DNA from: the human T2T-CHM13v2.0 reference genome, Homo sapiens
Assembly: GCF_009914755.1 (NCBI RefSeq)
Contig: NC_060931.1
Length of the DNA stretch: 64,000 bases
Direction: 5' to 3' (one strand)
Position numbers and translations under genes: made by a program. Shown piece after piece: positions 24,936 to 36,540 of this stretch. Every line of letters starts with the position of its first letter. The first letter of the stretch is position 1. The notes under the pieces were generated by a model that was not told the DNA's origin, ran no database searches, and saw only the letters and a list, made by a program, of their open reading frames with translations.

Positions 24936-25839
24936 CTTATTTTATCCCAAGTTAGAGTAGAAAACTGTGTGGTGTCTTTCACCTCTGTACAAATAGGAAG
25001 AGGATTTGGAAATCATTATTATACCAAAATTTGATCTTCTAAAATGTTTTCAATGAGAAAATCTCATGGGATCATTCTTCACTGTCTTTTTCTATCTTCT
25101 AGAAAGTTTGAATTCACAGTGTTAACCTTTCCTTTCCTGCCGAGATAACCATCTTTCCCTTTTCAATTTCTCACTTGCCTGACAGCTGATACCAGTCTAA
25201 GCTAATATTGTAACAATTTTAGATAATATTGCAGATGCACAAGGACATCCTCATATGAATCAATTAAAGAAGTCACAGTGAGTTGCCATTGAAAGTGTGG
25301 CAGCTGCATCCTTGAAAGCAGATGCTCTTCTGGGTCTGAATGAGTCCAATTTTAACTAATTTTAAGACCTAAACAGATTTCAGTCTGGTTAATATTAGGA
25401 TGTGGAACCACTTGAGACATCCTAATGTCCTAGTCTGATTACTTCTCCATGACAGTTTGTATGTTGACTTTCCTTGAGAGATGCTGGGTACTTAATGCCA
25501 GGCATTTTTATGTCAATCGTAAAGAGAGACCCCAAGTCATGGCTGCAGCAAAGTGCACTGACAACTCGTGAAATTGAAGTGGCTTCTAACAGCAGCATGA
25601 TTTATAGGGAAAGAACTTGGGGTATAGGGATTCACCAGAATTGCTTTAAACTATATTTCTGTTAGATTCCTGAATCCCCAGAAACAGGCTATAATGAACT
25701 ACTTCCCCATCCCTACTCTCTCTCTAGATTATACTCAGAAAACTAAGGAGAAAGTTAGAGTTGTAAATGGCAAGTTGCTCCTTCTTTTTTCTGATTTTTC
25801 TTTAACAATCTGTTATTATGTTCTTTGTCATATTGCATT

Positions 25840-27340
25840 GGTCAGTTTAATTAAAAAGGCATTGATTGAGCTTCTGTAATGCCTCTAGTTATTCTGCTGG
25901 CCTTGAATGGGGGAAAATATATATAATACATAATTCTTTCACTGAAGTAATTAATGATCTGGAAGGGAGACATAGTTAATGGAATATACCTTCTATTCTA
26001 GAATTGAGAGGGGTAGGGGAACATCCAGAAGAGCCATTGACCCTTCCTGGGGAATCAGAAAAGACTTTCTGAGCCAGAGAAGGCATGAATAGTTTTGAAA
26101 GAGGAGTAAGAGCCATCAAAGGTGTAGAATCATGAGACAGCATGATATGTTTAGGAAATTTGCTTTAGACAGGTGGTAAATCAAACGGCCCAGGGTTGGA
26201 GAGGGGATACGCTGAAGAGAAAAAAGAAAGTGGTAAGAGATGGAGAAAATCTGGAGGGTTGGACAGAAATAAAAAATCTTGGAAAGCTTTGCTAAGGAGC
26301 TTAGACTTGATCATATAAGCCTTGGGAAACACTGATGTTATTTATACAAGAAATTAACATAGTCAAATTTGTGTTTTGGGTAAATAACTTATCTGACTCA
26401 TATTTAATTAGATAAAAGGGGGCCAGGTAAGAAGCAGAGACACCAGTCAGGTAACTATTGCAGTAGTCCATGGAAGAGATGGGGTCCAAACCAAGAAAGT
26501 GGCAGTAGATAACAGAAAAGAAAAAATAAATATTAAGAAAATATTTGTAAATAAAATTGGTACAAATTTTTCTTTGCTAGAGAGAGTCAAAAATTACACT
26601 CACGTTTGCAGCTGGGATTCCCAGATTGATGTATCACCTATAAAAAGAGAATTCAGGATAGAGAACAGATGCTAAAGAAAGATAATGAGTTTAGTTTTGA
26701 ACACATTGCATTTGAGATGCCTATGGGATATACAGGTAGCAGTATCTTGCAAATCATTAAACAAATAAGGTTTAGGAGCCATCATTTCATGGATAATAGT
26801 GTAAACAATGAAAAGGGATGAGCTCACTCAGAACATATTGGCAAGTAAGGAATACCACTAGAGGAAAAAGTCCCCAGAAACACCGGCATTATGGATGGAC
26901 TAAAGGAAGGGGATTCAGTGAAGGAAACTATGGAAGAAATGCCAGAGAGAGAAACAACACCCAGAAGAGTATGCCATATAAGCCAAAAGAAGATGATTTC
27001 AAGAAGTAAAGGGCCAGTGAATTCAGAGATAGCAGAGAGCCTGCATGAGATGAGGACTGAAGAGCAGCCAGTAGATTTGGCAATTACAGTATCATTGATG
27101 GCTATTACCAGAAAAGTTTTGAATAAAAAGGTGAGGGCAGAGTCAGATTGTGGCACACTGAAGAGTTAATAGGAGGTGGGACTGGAGAAAGTCAGTGTTG
27201 AGATTCTTTTGAAGTGTTTGTTGAGGACTAACAGGGAGCAGGTAGGACAAAGGGCCTGAGGAGAACAGCGCGAATTTGGAAAAATTGCTGAGAAAGGGAA
27301 GGAGGTAGCCAAGCACCAGGGAAAGGATTGACAAGTGGTA
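25840..27340 (-). mobile_element. Degenerate L2 fragments
   Basis: L2 motifs such as gagtttagttttgaacacattgcatttgagatgcctatggga and gatgaggactgaagagcagccagtagatttggcaatt. Confidence 0.7.
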
Positions 27341-27870
27341 CCGCAAGCTTCTTTTGAAATTAAAATCCAGAACGTTTTAGTGGCAACAATCTATACATTT
27401 TTGTCTTTTTAAATTAATATATTATAGCTGTACGTATTTTGGGGGTACATGTGATATTTTGATAAATGTATACAATGTATAATGATCAAATCAGGGTAAC
27501 TGGGATATCCATCACCTCAAACATTTATCTTTTCTTTATGTTGAGAACATCACAATTCTCTTCCATCTATTGTGAAGTATACAATAAATTATTGTTAAGT
27601 ATAATTACCGTGTGGTACTGTCAAATACTAGAACTTATTTCTTCTAAGTGTATTTTTGTGCCCATTAACTAACTTTCCCCTCCCCCCCCCACCCCTTTTT
27701 ATTTCTCAGCCTCTAGTAATCACCATTCAGCCTCCATGAAATTCCCTGTTCAGGTCCCACATTTGAGTGAGAATGTGTGATATTTGTCTTTCTGTGCTAG
27801 CTTATTTCACTTAATATGATGACCTTCAGTTCCATCCATGTTGCTCGAATGACAGGATTTTATTCTTTTT

Positions 27871-28165
27871 GTTTGTTTTTGAGATGCAGTCTCACTCTGT
27901 AGCCCAGGCTGGAGTGCAGTGGCGCAATCTCGGCTCACTGCAACCTCCTCCTCCTGGGTCCCGGTTCAAGCAATTCTCCTGCCTTAGCCTCCTGAGTAGC
28001 TAGGATTACAGGCACGTGCCACCATGCCCAGCTAATTTTTGTATTTTTAGTAGAGACAGGGTTTCAGCATGTTGGCCGGGCTGGTCTTGAACTCCTGACC
28101 TCGTGATCCACCCACCTCGGCCTCCTGAAGCGCTGGGATTACAGGCATGAGCCACTGTGCCCCAC
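27871..28165 (-). mobile_element. AluS (Sg-like) with a 7-nt insertion in the right arm
   Basis: TSD caggattttattcttttt at 27853-27870 and 28166-28183; reads ctcctgggtcccggttcaagc. Confidence 0.93.
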
Positions 28166-29674
28166 CAGGATTTTATTCTTTTTATGGGTGAATAATATTC
28201 CATTGTGTATATCTACCACATTTTCTTCCACCATTCATGAATTGGTGGATATTTAGGCTGGTTCCCTATTTTGGCTATGGTGAATAGTGCTGCAACAAAC
28301 ATGGGAGTGCAGATGTCTCTTTGATATACTGATTTCCTCTCTCTTGGATATACCCAGCAGTGAGATTGCTGGCTCATATAGTAGTACTATTTTTAGTTTT
28401 TGAGGAAACTGCATGCTGTTTTCCATAATGGTTATACTAATTTACATTCCCACCAACAATGTATGAGCATTCTTCCTTCTCCACATCCTCACCAGCATTT
28501 GTCTTTTTTATAATAGTCATTCTCACTGGTGTGAGATGATGCCCCCTTGTGGTTTTTATTTGCAGTTCCCTAATGATTAGTGATGTTAAGCATTTTTTTC
28601 ATATACCTGTTGGCCATTTGTATGTCTTCTTTTGAGAAATGTCTATTCAGGTCTTTTGCCTATTTTTATAGTCAGATTATTTGTTGTTTTTTTTGTTTTC
28701 GTTTTTTGTTTTTTGTTTTTGCTATTGAGTTGTTTGAGTCCCTTACATATTCTGGTTATTAATCCCTTGCCAGGTATATACTTTGAAAATAATTTGTTTC
28801 ATTATATATGTTGTCTCTTCACTTTGTTGATTGTTTCCTTTGCTTTGTAGAAGCTTTTTTGGCTTGGCGTAATCCCATTTGTTTATTTTTGCTTTTGTTG
28901 CCTGTGCTTTTGAGGTCTTACCCAAAAATCTTTGCCCATATCAATGTCCTGTAGCATTTCCCCAATGCTTTTTTCTAGTAATTTCATAGTTTTTAGGTCT
29001 TATGTTTAAATCTTTAATCCATTTTCAGTTGACTTTTTTAATAAGTTAAAAAATGAGCATCTAGTTTCATTCTTTGGCATACAGATAGCCAGTTTTTCCA
29101 GTACCATTTATTAAAGAAACTGCCCTTTCCCCAATGTGTGTTCTTGGTGCCTTTGTCAAAATGAATTGGCTGTTAAGTGTGTGAGTTTATTTCTGGGTTC
29201 TCTATTCTGTTCCATTGGTCTATGTGTCCGTTTTTTATGCCAATACCATGCTGTTTGGGTTACCATAGCTTTGTAGTACAATTTGAAATCAAAGTAGTGT
29301 GATGCCTTCAGCTTTCTTGTTTTTGCTCAGGATTGCTTTAACTATTCTGGGTCGTTTGTGATTCCATTTGAATTTTAGGATTCTTTTTTCTATTTCTGTG
29401 AAGAATGTCATTGGTATTTTGATAGGGATTGCATTGAATCTGTAGGTTGCTTTTGGTACTATAGACATTTCAATAATATTAATTATTATTTCAATCCAGG
29501 AGTGTGCATATCTTTCCATTTTGTGTGTGTGTCTTCAATTTCTTTCATCAGTGTTTTATAATTTTCCTTGTAGATGTCTTTTACTTTGATTAAATTTATT
29601 CGTAGGTTTTTCTTATTGTAAATTGGATTTTTTTTCTTGATTTCTTTGGTGGATTGATTGCTGTTCGCATCTAG

Positions 29675-29997
<323 letters not shown>

Positions 29998-30979
29998 TGA
30001 TTTTTGTATGTGGATTTTGTATCCTGCAACTGTACTAAATTCATTTACCAGTCCTAAGAGTTTTGGGGTGGAGTCTTTAGGATTTTCTAAATATAAGATC
30101 ATGTCATCTGCAAACAAGGATAATTTGATTTCTTCCTTTCTATCTTGGATGCCGTTTCTTTCTTTATCTTACCTAATTGCTCTGGCTAGGATTCCAGTAC
30201 TATGTTGAATAAAAGTGGTGAAAGTGGGCATCCTTATCTTATTCCAGAACTTAGTGTAAGGCTTTCAATTTTTCCCCATTCAGTATATTAGCTGTGGGCC
30301 TGTCATAGATGGCCTTTATCATGATGAGTTATGTTCCTTCTATACCCAGTTTCTTGAGAGTTTTGATCATGAAGGGATATTGAATTTTATCAAGAACTTT
30401 TTCTGGCATCTGTTGAAATGATCATATGATTTTTGTCCTTTATTCTGTTGATGTGATGTATCGCATTTATTGATTTGCATATGTTGAACCATCTTTTCAT
30501 CCCTGGGATGAATCCCACTTGATCACAGTGAATGATATTTTTAATGTGTTGTCAAATTCTATTTGCTAGCACTTTGTCAAGGATTTTTGCATTTATATTC
30601 ATCAGGGATATTGGCCTGTAGTTTTCTTTTTTATTGTTTCACTTTGTCTAGTTTTGGTATCAGCGAACAATATGTTCTTTTGTTTTCCTGTCAAATGATG
30701 AGTTGTAGAATTGACTCAATGTTACATGAGTTTTAGGACAATTATAGTGAAAGAAAAGTATTCAAGGGAGTTGAGGTTTATGGTCAAAGAGTAGCTCAGG
30801 GAATCAACCATGCAATCCATGCTGAGGATCCTAAGAGGGACTTTTTCTACCAGGAGAAAATGAAGGGATTACAGCATTAAAGTTATAATGGAAATGAGGG
30901 TGGGAGAGAGTTGAAAGAAGAAAAGTTTTTGATCTGAGAATATGATACTAGAATTTAAAATTTCAGAGGTTGAAAACAG

Positions 30980-31450
30980 GATTTAACTTGGCAGCAAGTT
31001 ATTAATATATATTTTTAATTTGCAGTGATTTAAAGAGGTGTTTGTTTTTCTAATATAGCAAAAAGTCTGAAGTCAAGCAGTTGCTTCTTTTGGCCAATGG
31101 TCCAACAATACTTAGTCCAGCACCTCTCTGATTCTTGGTCTTTTCCTCTTAATAGGAAGATGATGCAACTTCAGATACCTCAATCAAATCAGAAAAGCAG
31201 GGAAAGTGGGAGCAAGTGGTGGCCACAGCCTCAATTCTCCTTTTATCAGGAAAAACAAAAGACTTCCCAAAAGCCACAAAAGACTCTACTTAGGGGGTCA
31301 GTGGACAGACTATGACACACGACCACCTCTAGCAACAAATAGGGCTGAGAATACAAATATTTAGCCTTCCAGAATCTGTAATGGAGTGAGCAAGGGAGAG
31401 AATGGAACTGGAAGTAACTGTTGGTTCGCCAAAAAGGCAGTGTCTGCTCC
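30980..31450 (-). mobile_element. Old MaLR LTR (MLT1-like)
   Basis: gacacacgaccacctctagcaacaaatagggctgagaa...tatttagcc resembles old MLT1 LTRs. Confidence 0.5.
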
Positions 31451-31561
31451 AAAGACCAATGTTCAGCTTCCTTTCGTGGAACAATGTTTATGTAGTACAG
31501 AAAGCCACAATCATCCTGCCACAAACAGCTAACTAGGTGACTTAAAGATGCATGCTTTATG

Positions 31562-31944
31562 ATGTTCCCCTCCCTGTGCCCATGTGTTCTCACTGTTCAA
31601 CTCCCACTTATGAGTGAGAACATGCAGTGTTTGGTTTTATGTTGCTGTGTTAGTTTGCTGAGGATGATGGTTTCCAGCTTCATCGATGTCCCTGCAAAGG
31701 ACATGAACTCATTCTTTTTTATGGCTGCATAGTATTCCGTGGCATATATGCACCATGCCTATCGGGGGGAGGAGGGCAAGGGGAGGGAGAGCATTAAGAC
31801 AAGTACCTAATGCGTGCGAGGCTTAAAATCTAGATGATGGGCTGATAGGTGCAGCAAACCACAATGGCGCCTGAATAACTGTGAAACAAACCTGCACGTT
31901 CAGCACATGTATCCCAGAACTTAAAGTAAGCTAAAATAAAAATA
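31562..31944 (+). mobile_element. Short L1PA8-like insertion with 5' inversion (twin priming)
   Basis: 31562-31755 is antisense L1 3' sequence and 31757-31944 is sense 3'UTR plus tail. TSD aaagatg(g)catgctttatg at 31544-31561 and 31945-31963. Confidence 0.92.
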
Positions 31945-32169
31945 AAAGATGGCATGCTTTATGCAGTGGTCACAGGAGGAACAGACATACTAGGAATGAT
32001 CTGATGTCATCCATCCCTAGTATTAGGAAAACAGCTCAAAGTGCATGTCTTCATAAAGCGATCAAGCACTTACATATTTAAAGCCCAATACGCGTGGGCT
32101 CTTCTGATATGAAGGGTAATACTATAGATAAATATACAACAATGTAGCCTTTAAAGGGTATGTACAAGG

Positions 32170-32172
<3 letters not shown>

Positions 32173-32200
<28 letters not shown>
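32173..32200. repeat. (TG)14 microsatellite
   Basis: Read directly from the sequence. Confidence 0.95.
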
Positions 32201-32203
<3 letters not shown>

Positions 32204-33554
32204 CTAGTAATCTCATACCTTAACTGTAACCTCCCAAGCAGATTGTGTTAGCATTGCTTTTTTATAGATTTTCATTTGACATTGAAGAGCTAGTTAATTG
32301 CTTTTGTGGTGTCTTAGATTGCCATGCTTAGTATTTCTTTGCTCAGTATATTCTTTCTTGTTAAGAAAACTTTGTAAGTTTCAGTAAGCCCTGAGGAGTT
32401 CACAAGCCAACTTTCTAGTAGAGCTCTGGGCATAATTTTTCATGTTGCTTTAATAAAATGTTATCTTTTTGCCATAGATTATGGTCAAGTGAAATGTACA
32501 GTGTGCTGTTACCTGAAACTACTTTTTACCTCACTCATTCTAAGTTTTACCTCAGCAGCTAATCTTGCCATAGACTTACTCAACTTAGATATTTTTTTAA
32601 TTTGTAATTTGACAGTGGTCAATTGCCACATGATAAAATAATGTATTTACAAAATAAGAAATGCAAATTTTTTAAGTTTCTTGGCGGGATTTGTCCAGAA
32701 TGCCTTTGATGGAATTTGGTCTATTAGTATAGCTTTGGACCTCAGATTAGGAGTGAGACTTCAAAGTCCAATTTCTGCCTCTTCTCATTGATACGTAGAT
32801 AACTCTCCATGCTACAGTCACTATCACCCAATAGAGGAACTGAAGGGCTGAAAAGCCCTAAAATGTTTTGAAATATCATAGTTGTATAGTTGCTTTCCCT
32901 CTAGCCTGTTCCATGAAAATATTGCAAAAGCAGTGATCTTGTCTTGGCGATCAAACAACATGATTAATGCTAACGTTAGAGAGGAGATGCAATGTCATGC
33001 ATCTAGGCTCCAGCAGATCAAGTTAGTAAACATCTAGGATGATACCAAGGCTGGCAATAATTTAAAATCTACATTGCTACATTCCCTTCCTCCTCACCCA
33101 TCAGTTCCCTTGAACTACATTCTTTTTTTTTATGTTTGCCATGTTATTTTAATTTATTAGAGTCTGGTTCCACAGAGGAGAACTTAGCCTTACATGTTAG
33201 AAGCCTGGATTGTCTATCCAGGCCCTTTTCTGGACTTAGCAAAGTTTAAGAATGGATATAATGCTGAAAGGTCATAAGTGTAGACACTACACACTACAGC
33301 AAGATGTTGGCTCTCTACCCTATAAGGTGAATGACCTTCTGAGTTAGTGATGCCTCACCAATTCCCATGTTCCCTAAGTCCAGAGAGCCTCTTTCTTCCA
33401 AAGGACTCTTTGAAAAAGAGAAGGATGTTCATACAGAAAAGCAAAACATATCAGAAATTGAATAAAGATTGATGGAATTATTTTGTAAGTATATGGTTGC
33501 TACAGCAACCATTAAGCTTAAGACCTAACCTGGACAAATCACTTGCTAAAGAAT

Positions 33555-33775
33555 AATAATAATTGCTTATGTTTCTTGCTTATATTAAGTTTTATATGTT
33601 GTTATTCTAAGTGTTTTGCCTACATTAATTCATTTAACCCCATGATATAGATACTATTACCCTCACTTTACAAAATAAAATAATAAGGCAGAGAAAATTT
33701 AAATAATTAGCTCTTGGTCACATAAAGTAAATGTTGGAGCCAGGACTTAAAGCCAAACTTCGAGGCTCTAGAGAG
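33555..33775 (-). mobile_element. MIR
   Basis: aattcatttaacccccatg...aaggcagagaaaatttaaataattagctcttggtcacat...ggagccaggact. Confidence 0.7.
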
Positions 33776-33999
33776 CTAAGAAAACTTTTGAATGAGATCA
33801 CCAAATTATTGTTGGTTGGGAATCTTTGAGAAATTGTGAGGACATGGGGATACAATAGAAGTTTAGAGATAAACAGATGTAGTTTTTTGTTTTTGTTCAG
33901 CTTTTTTTTGAAGAAAATGTCTAAGTGGTGCTAAATATTTTAATAAATCGTTTTGGAAATATATAGAAGGTAGCTTTATCAAATTTTCCAAAAAGACCT

Positions 34000-34625
34000 T
34001 CTTAGGGCTTTTAGTTGGCCATAAGCTATATATGAGTTGAAGTGGAATACAGCACACTACCACTTCCACCTCCCAGAATTTAGGGAGGTGTAAAGCGTCA
34101 TGGCATCTAGAAAAAGGGAATTGATCATTCTCTCTAGACTGGTCAGCCCCTTCTGTAGTATTTATTCTGTTTTGTCCTGAGTTCTACATTTCAAGGGAAA
34201 TAGAGAAAAATTGGAATGTTTTGGTAGGTAAATTTTGAGAATTATAATTTAATTCAATCATTAGAAGAATGGGTGAAGAACTGTGGACATTCCGCATAGA
34301 AAAGGGAAGACTTCAAGGAAGCCAAAATAGGTATCTTCAATACTTGTAGTACTGACTCATGTGTGAAGGATTACAAAGTTAGGTAAAATTAGAGCCAATG
34401 ATTAGAAGTTAATGAAGGCAGATGTTGGCTTGATGTAAGATGGTCAAATCTTTCGGAGATGGAACAGGCTGCCTTGAAAGGTATTGAGTTTCCTTTCGCC
34501 AGCATTTGTGTAAGTGTGCAGCCAGAATGTGGACAGCCACTTGAAGGTGCACAGAAGATGGAGGCACAGACCAGATGGTTGGGCCACATGACAGTGAAGG
34601 CCTCTTCCAACTCTGAGGTTCTGTT
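34000..34625 (+). mobile_element. L3/CR1 3' end
   Basis: gatggaacaggctgccttg...tgagtttcc...aaggcctcttccaactctgaggttctgt is the typical L3 terminus. Confidence 0.75.
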
Positions 34626-34629
34626 TCTG

Positions 34630-34692
34630 TAGGTTGGTGCAAAAGTAATTATGGTTTTTGACATTGAAAGTAATACTTTTGCACCAACCTAA
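34630..34692. mobile_element. MADE1 (Hsmar1-derived MITE), internally deleted
   Basis: Perfect 18-bp terminal inverted repeats taggttggtgcaaaagta / tacttttgcaccaaccta. Confidence 0.92.
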
Positions 34693-34904
34693 ATATTATT
34701 ATATGAATTGATTCAAGATAAGCCACTGCACTTCTATGTGTAATCAAATATAGAAATTGTCTATCATGTCTTGGACTTCTAATGCTGCCAACACTAGTGT
34801 TAACCAAGCTAGTAAAAACAAGATGAACAGCAAAATAATACGTCATTTCAGAAAAATCTGTAGGCATCTAATGAAATGATTGGTGTTTTATCCTTACCTT
34901 TCAG

Positions 34905-35046
34905 TGCTTTCTCCTGCTCAAGACAGCCACACGAACACGGATCTCCCCCCAGTGTCAGAGCAGATCATGCAGACTCTCAGTGAACTTGCCAAATCGTTCC
35001 AGGATATGGCTGACCGCTGCTTGCTTGTCTTACATCTGGAAGTGAG
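34905..35046 (+). CDS. EXOC4: EXOC4 (Sec8) internal coding exon, 142 nt (probably exon 15)
   Basis: Acceptor ccttacctttcag|TG at 34904/34905 and donor GAG|gtatga at 35046/35047. Translates (phase 1) to [47 protein letters not shown], recognised as Sec8 C-terminal sequence. Confidence 0.97.
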
Positions 35047-35214
35047 GTATGATACAGCCAAGCCCAGGACCTTGCAATTTGAATGCACTGCGGTTCATAA
35101 ATCACTTGCTTATTTCCAGGCAGTATCACCATAATTTCTGGCTCATATTATTGATGTTATCCCTTTTTACACTGAAAGTGATTTTTAGCTGTATTCAGTG
35201 ATTATTTGAGCGCA

Positions 35215-35460
35215 CAGTGTATTGTGAGTGTGGTGATTCAGAGCTGGCATGATCTATGAAATCAGGTCACCTAGATTGGAATGTCACTATCAACTGGCTA
35301 GGTGATCTTAGGTCAGTTAATTAACTTTACAAACCACAGTTTCCTTATTTTAAAAATGGAAATGATAGTTTCTAACTTATAGAGATTTTATAAATGAAAT
35401 AATAATTAGCACAATGTCAGCCACAAAGTAAGTGCTCAAAATATGGTAGCTTTGCTATTG
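35215..35460 (+). mobile_element. MIR
   Basis: gtgatcttaggtcagttaattaac...cagtttccttattttaaaaatgg...aagtaagtgctcaaaa. Confidence 0.8.
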
Positions 35461-35534
35461 TGGTGACTTTATTGTGATTGATATTTTTACTAAAGTGCTC
35501 TGCTAGTCAAGAAGGGAGTCACATTTGAAAAAGT

Positions 35535-35765
35535 AGAGGGAAACAGGTAAAAGAATTATACTAATATATTTTAGTTAACCCAGTATATCCAAAACAGCAT
35601 TTCAATAGGCAATCAATGGAAGTGATTGAGGTATTCAGCATTTTCTTTTGCACTAAGCTTTTGAAATCTGCACATTTTGTACTTACAGCACATCACAATT
35701 TGGACTGGCCACATTTTAAGTGCTTGGTAGCTACATGTGCCCAGTACTAGCATAGTGGGCAGTTG
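35535..35765. mobile_element. MER33 (hAT-Charlie) fragment
   Basis: ttaacccagtatatccaaaa...tacttacagcacatcacaatttggactggccacattttaagtgct. Confidence 0.8.
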
Positions 35766-35789
35766 CCAAGAGTGGCTGGGGCTGACTAG

Positions 35790-36540
35790 GAATGGGATTC
35801 TTTTCTTTAAGATAAAATGGTCAGAAGAAATGTGACGAAGTAACAAGAATGATCAGTCTGTACAAAGACCTAGAGGAAGAGAGTTTCAGACAGAAGGAGG
35901 CACACTCACAAAGGTCCTGAGACAAAATCAAGCTTGGCGGTTTTAAGAGCAGAGAGGAGGCTGATATGCTTGTAGGCTGATGAACAAGCTGGGTGGGGAG
36001 GACTGAAAGAATAAGGCACAGGAGACAGGCTGGAGCCCAATCCTGTGGAGTCATGAAGCCTGACACATTACAGGGTCTTACAGACCAAGTGAATCATTCA
36101 GATGTCATAGAAGCCATGGAAGAGTTTTAAGAAAGGGAGAGATATCAATTAATTAACATTTTTTAAAGGTCACTCTGGCTGTTGTATGGAAAAGGGATTG
36201 CAGGGAAAAATACAAATGGAAGCAGGGTGACCAGTTGAAAACAACTCTGAGCATCAAGGTGATAGAGGTAGAGATATGAGAAGCATAGGATTTGGGACAT
36301 ATGCTGAAGGTAGAGCTAATGAAGTTTGTTGACAGATTGTATTGGACACAGGGGCTGGTGCAATAAGAGGAAAGACTCAAGGAAAACCACTAGTTTGGGG
36401 CCAGAGCAACTGTGTGCCATTAACTGAGGGGAGAAACACTGAGGGAGGAGAAGGGTGGAAATCAAGTATGCCATTGAGAGATGTTCAGTTTGGGATGCTT
36501 ATTAAACAACTAGGTAGCAATGTCAAAACATCAGGATCAG
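35790..36540 (-). mobile_element. L2 fragment
   Basis: gaagccatggaagagttttaag...aaaggtcactctggctgttgt...gatttgggacatatgctgaaggtagagctaa. Confidence 0.75.

Noticed and set aside
25081-25283. Acceptor tttttctatcttctag plus donor ACA|gtgagt (175-nt pseudoexon)
   Set aside because: Such pseudoexons are common in long introns and this one has no additional supporting feature.
35047-35134. In-frame read-through of EXOC4 exons into introns (also 42503-42594)
   Set aside because: About 30 open codons is within chance expectation, canonical donors are present, and no nearby poly(A) signal was seen.
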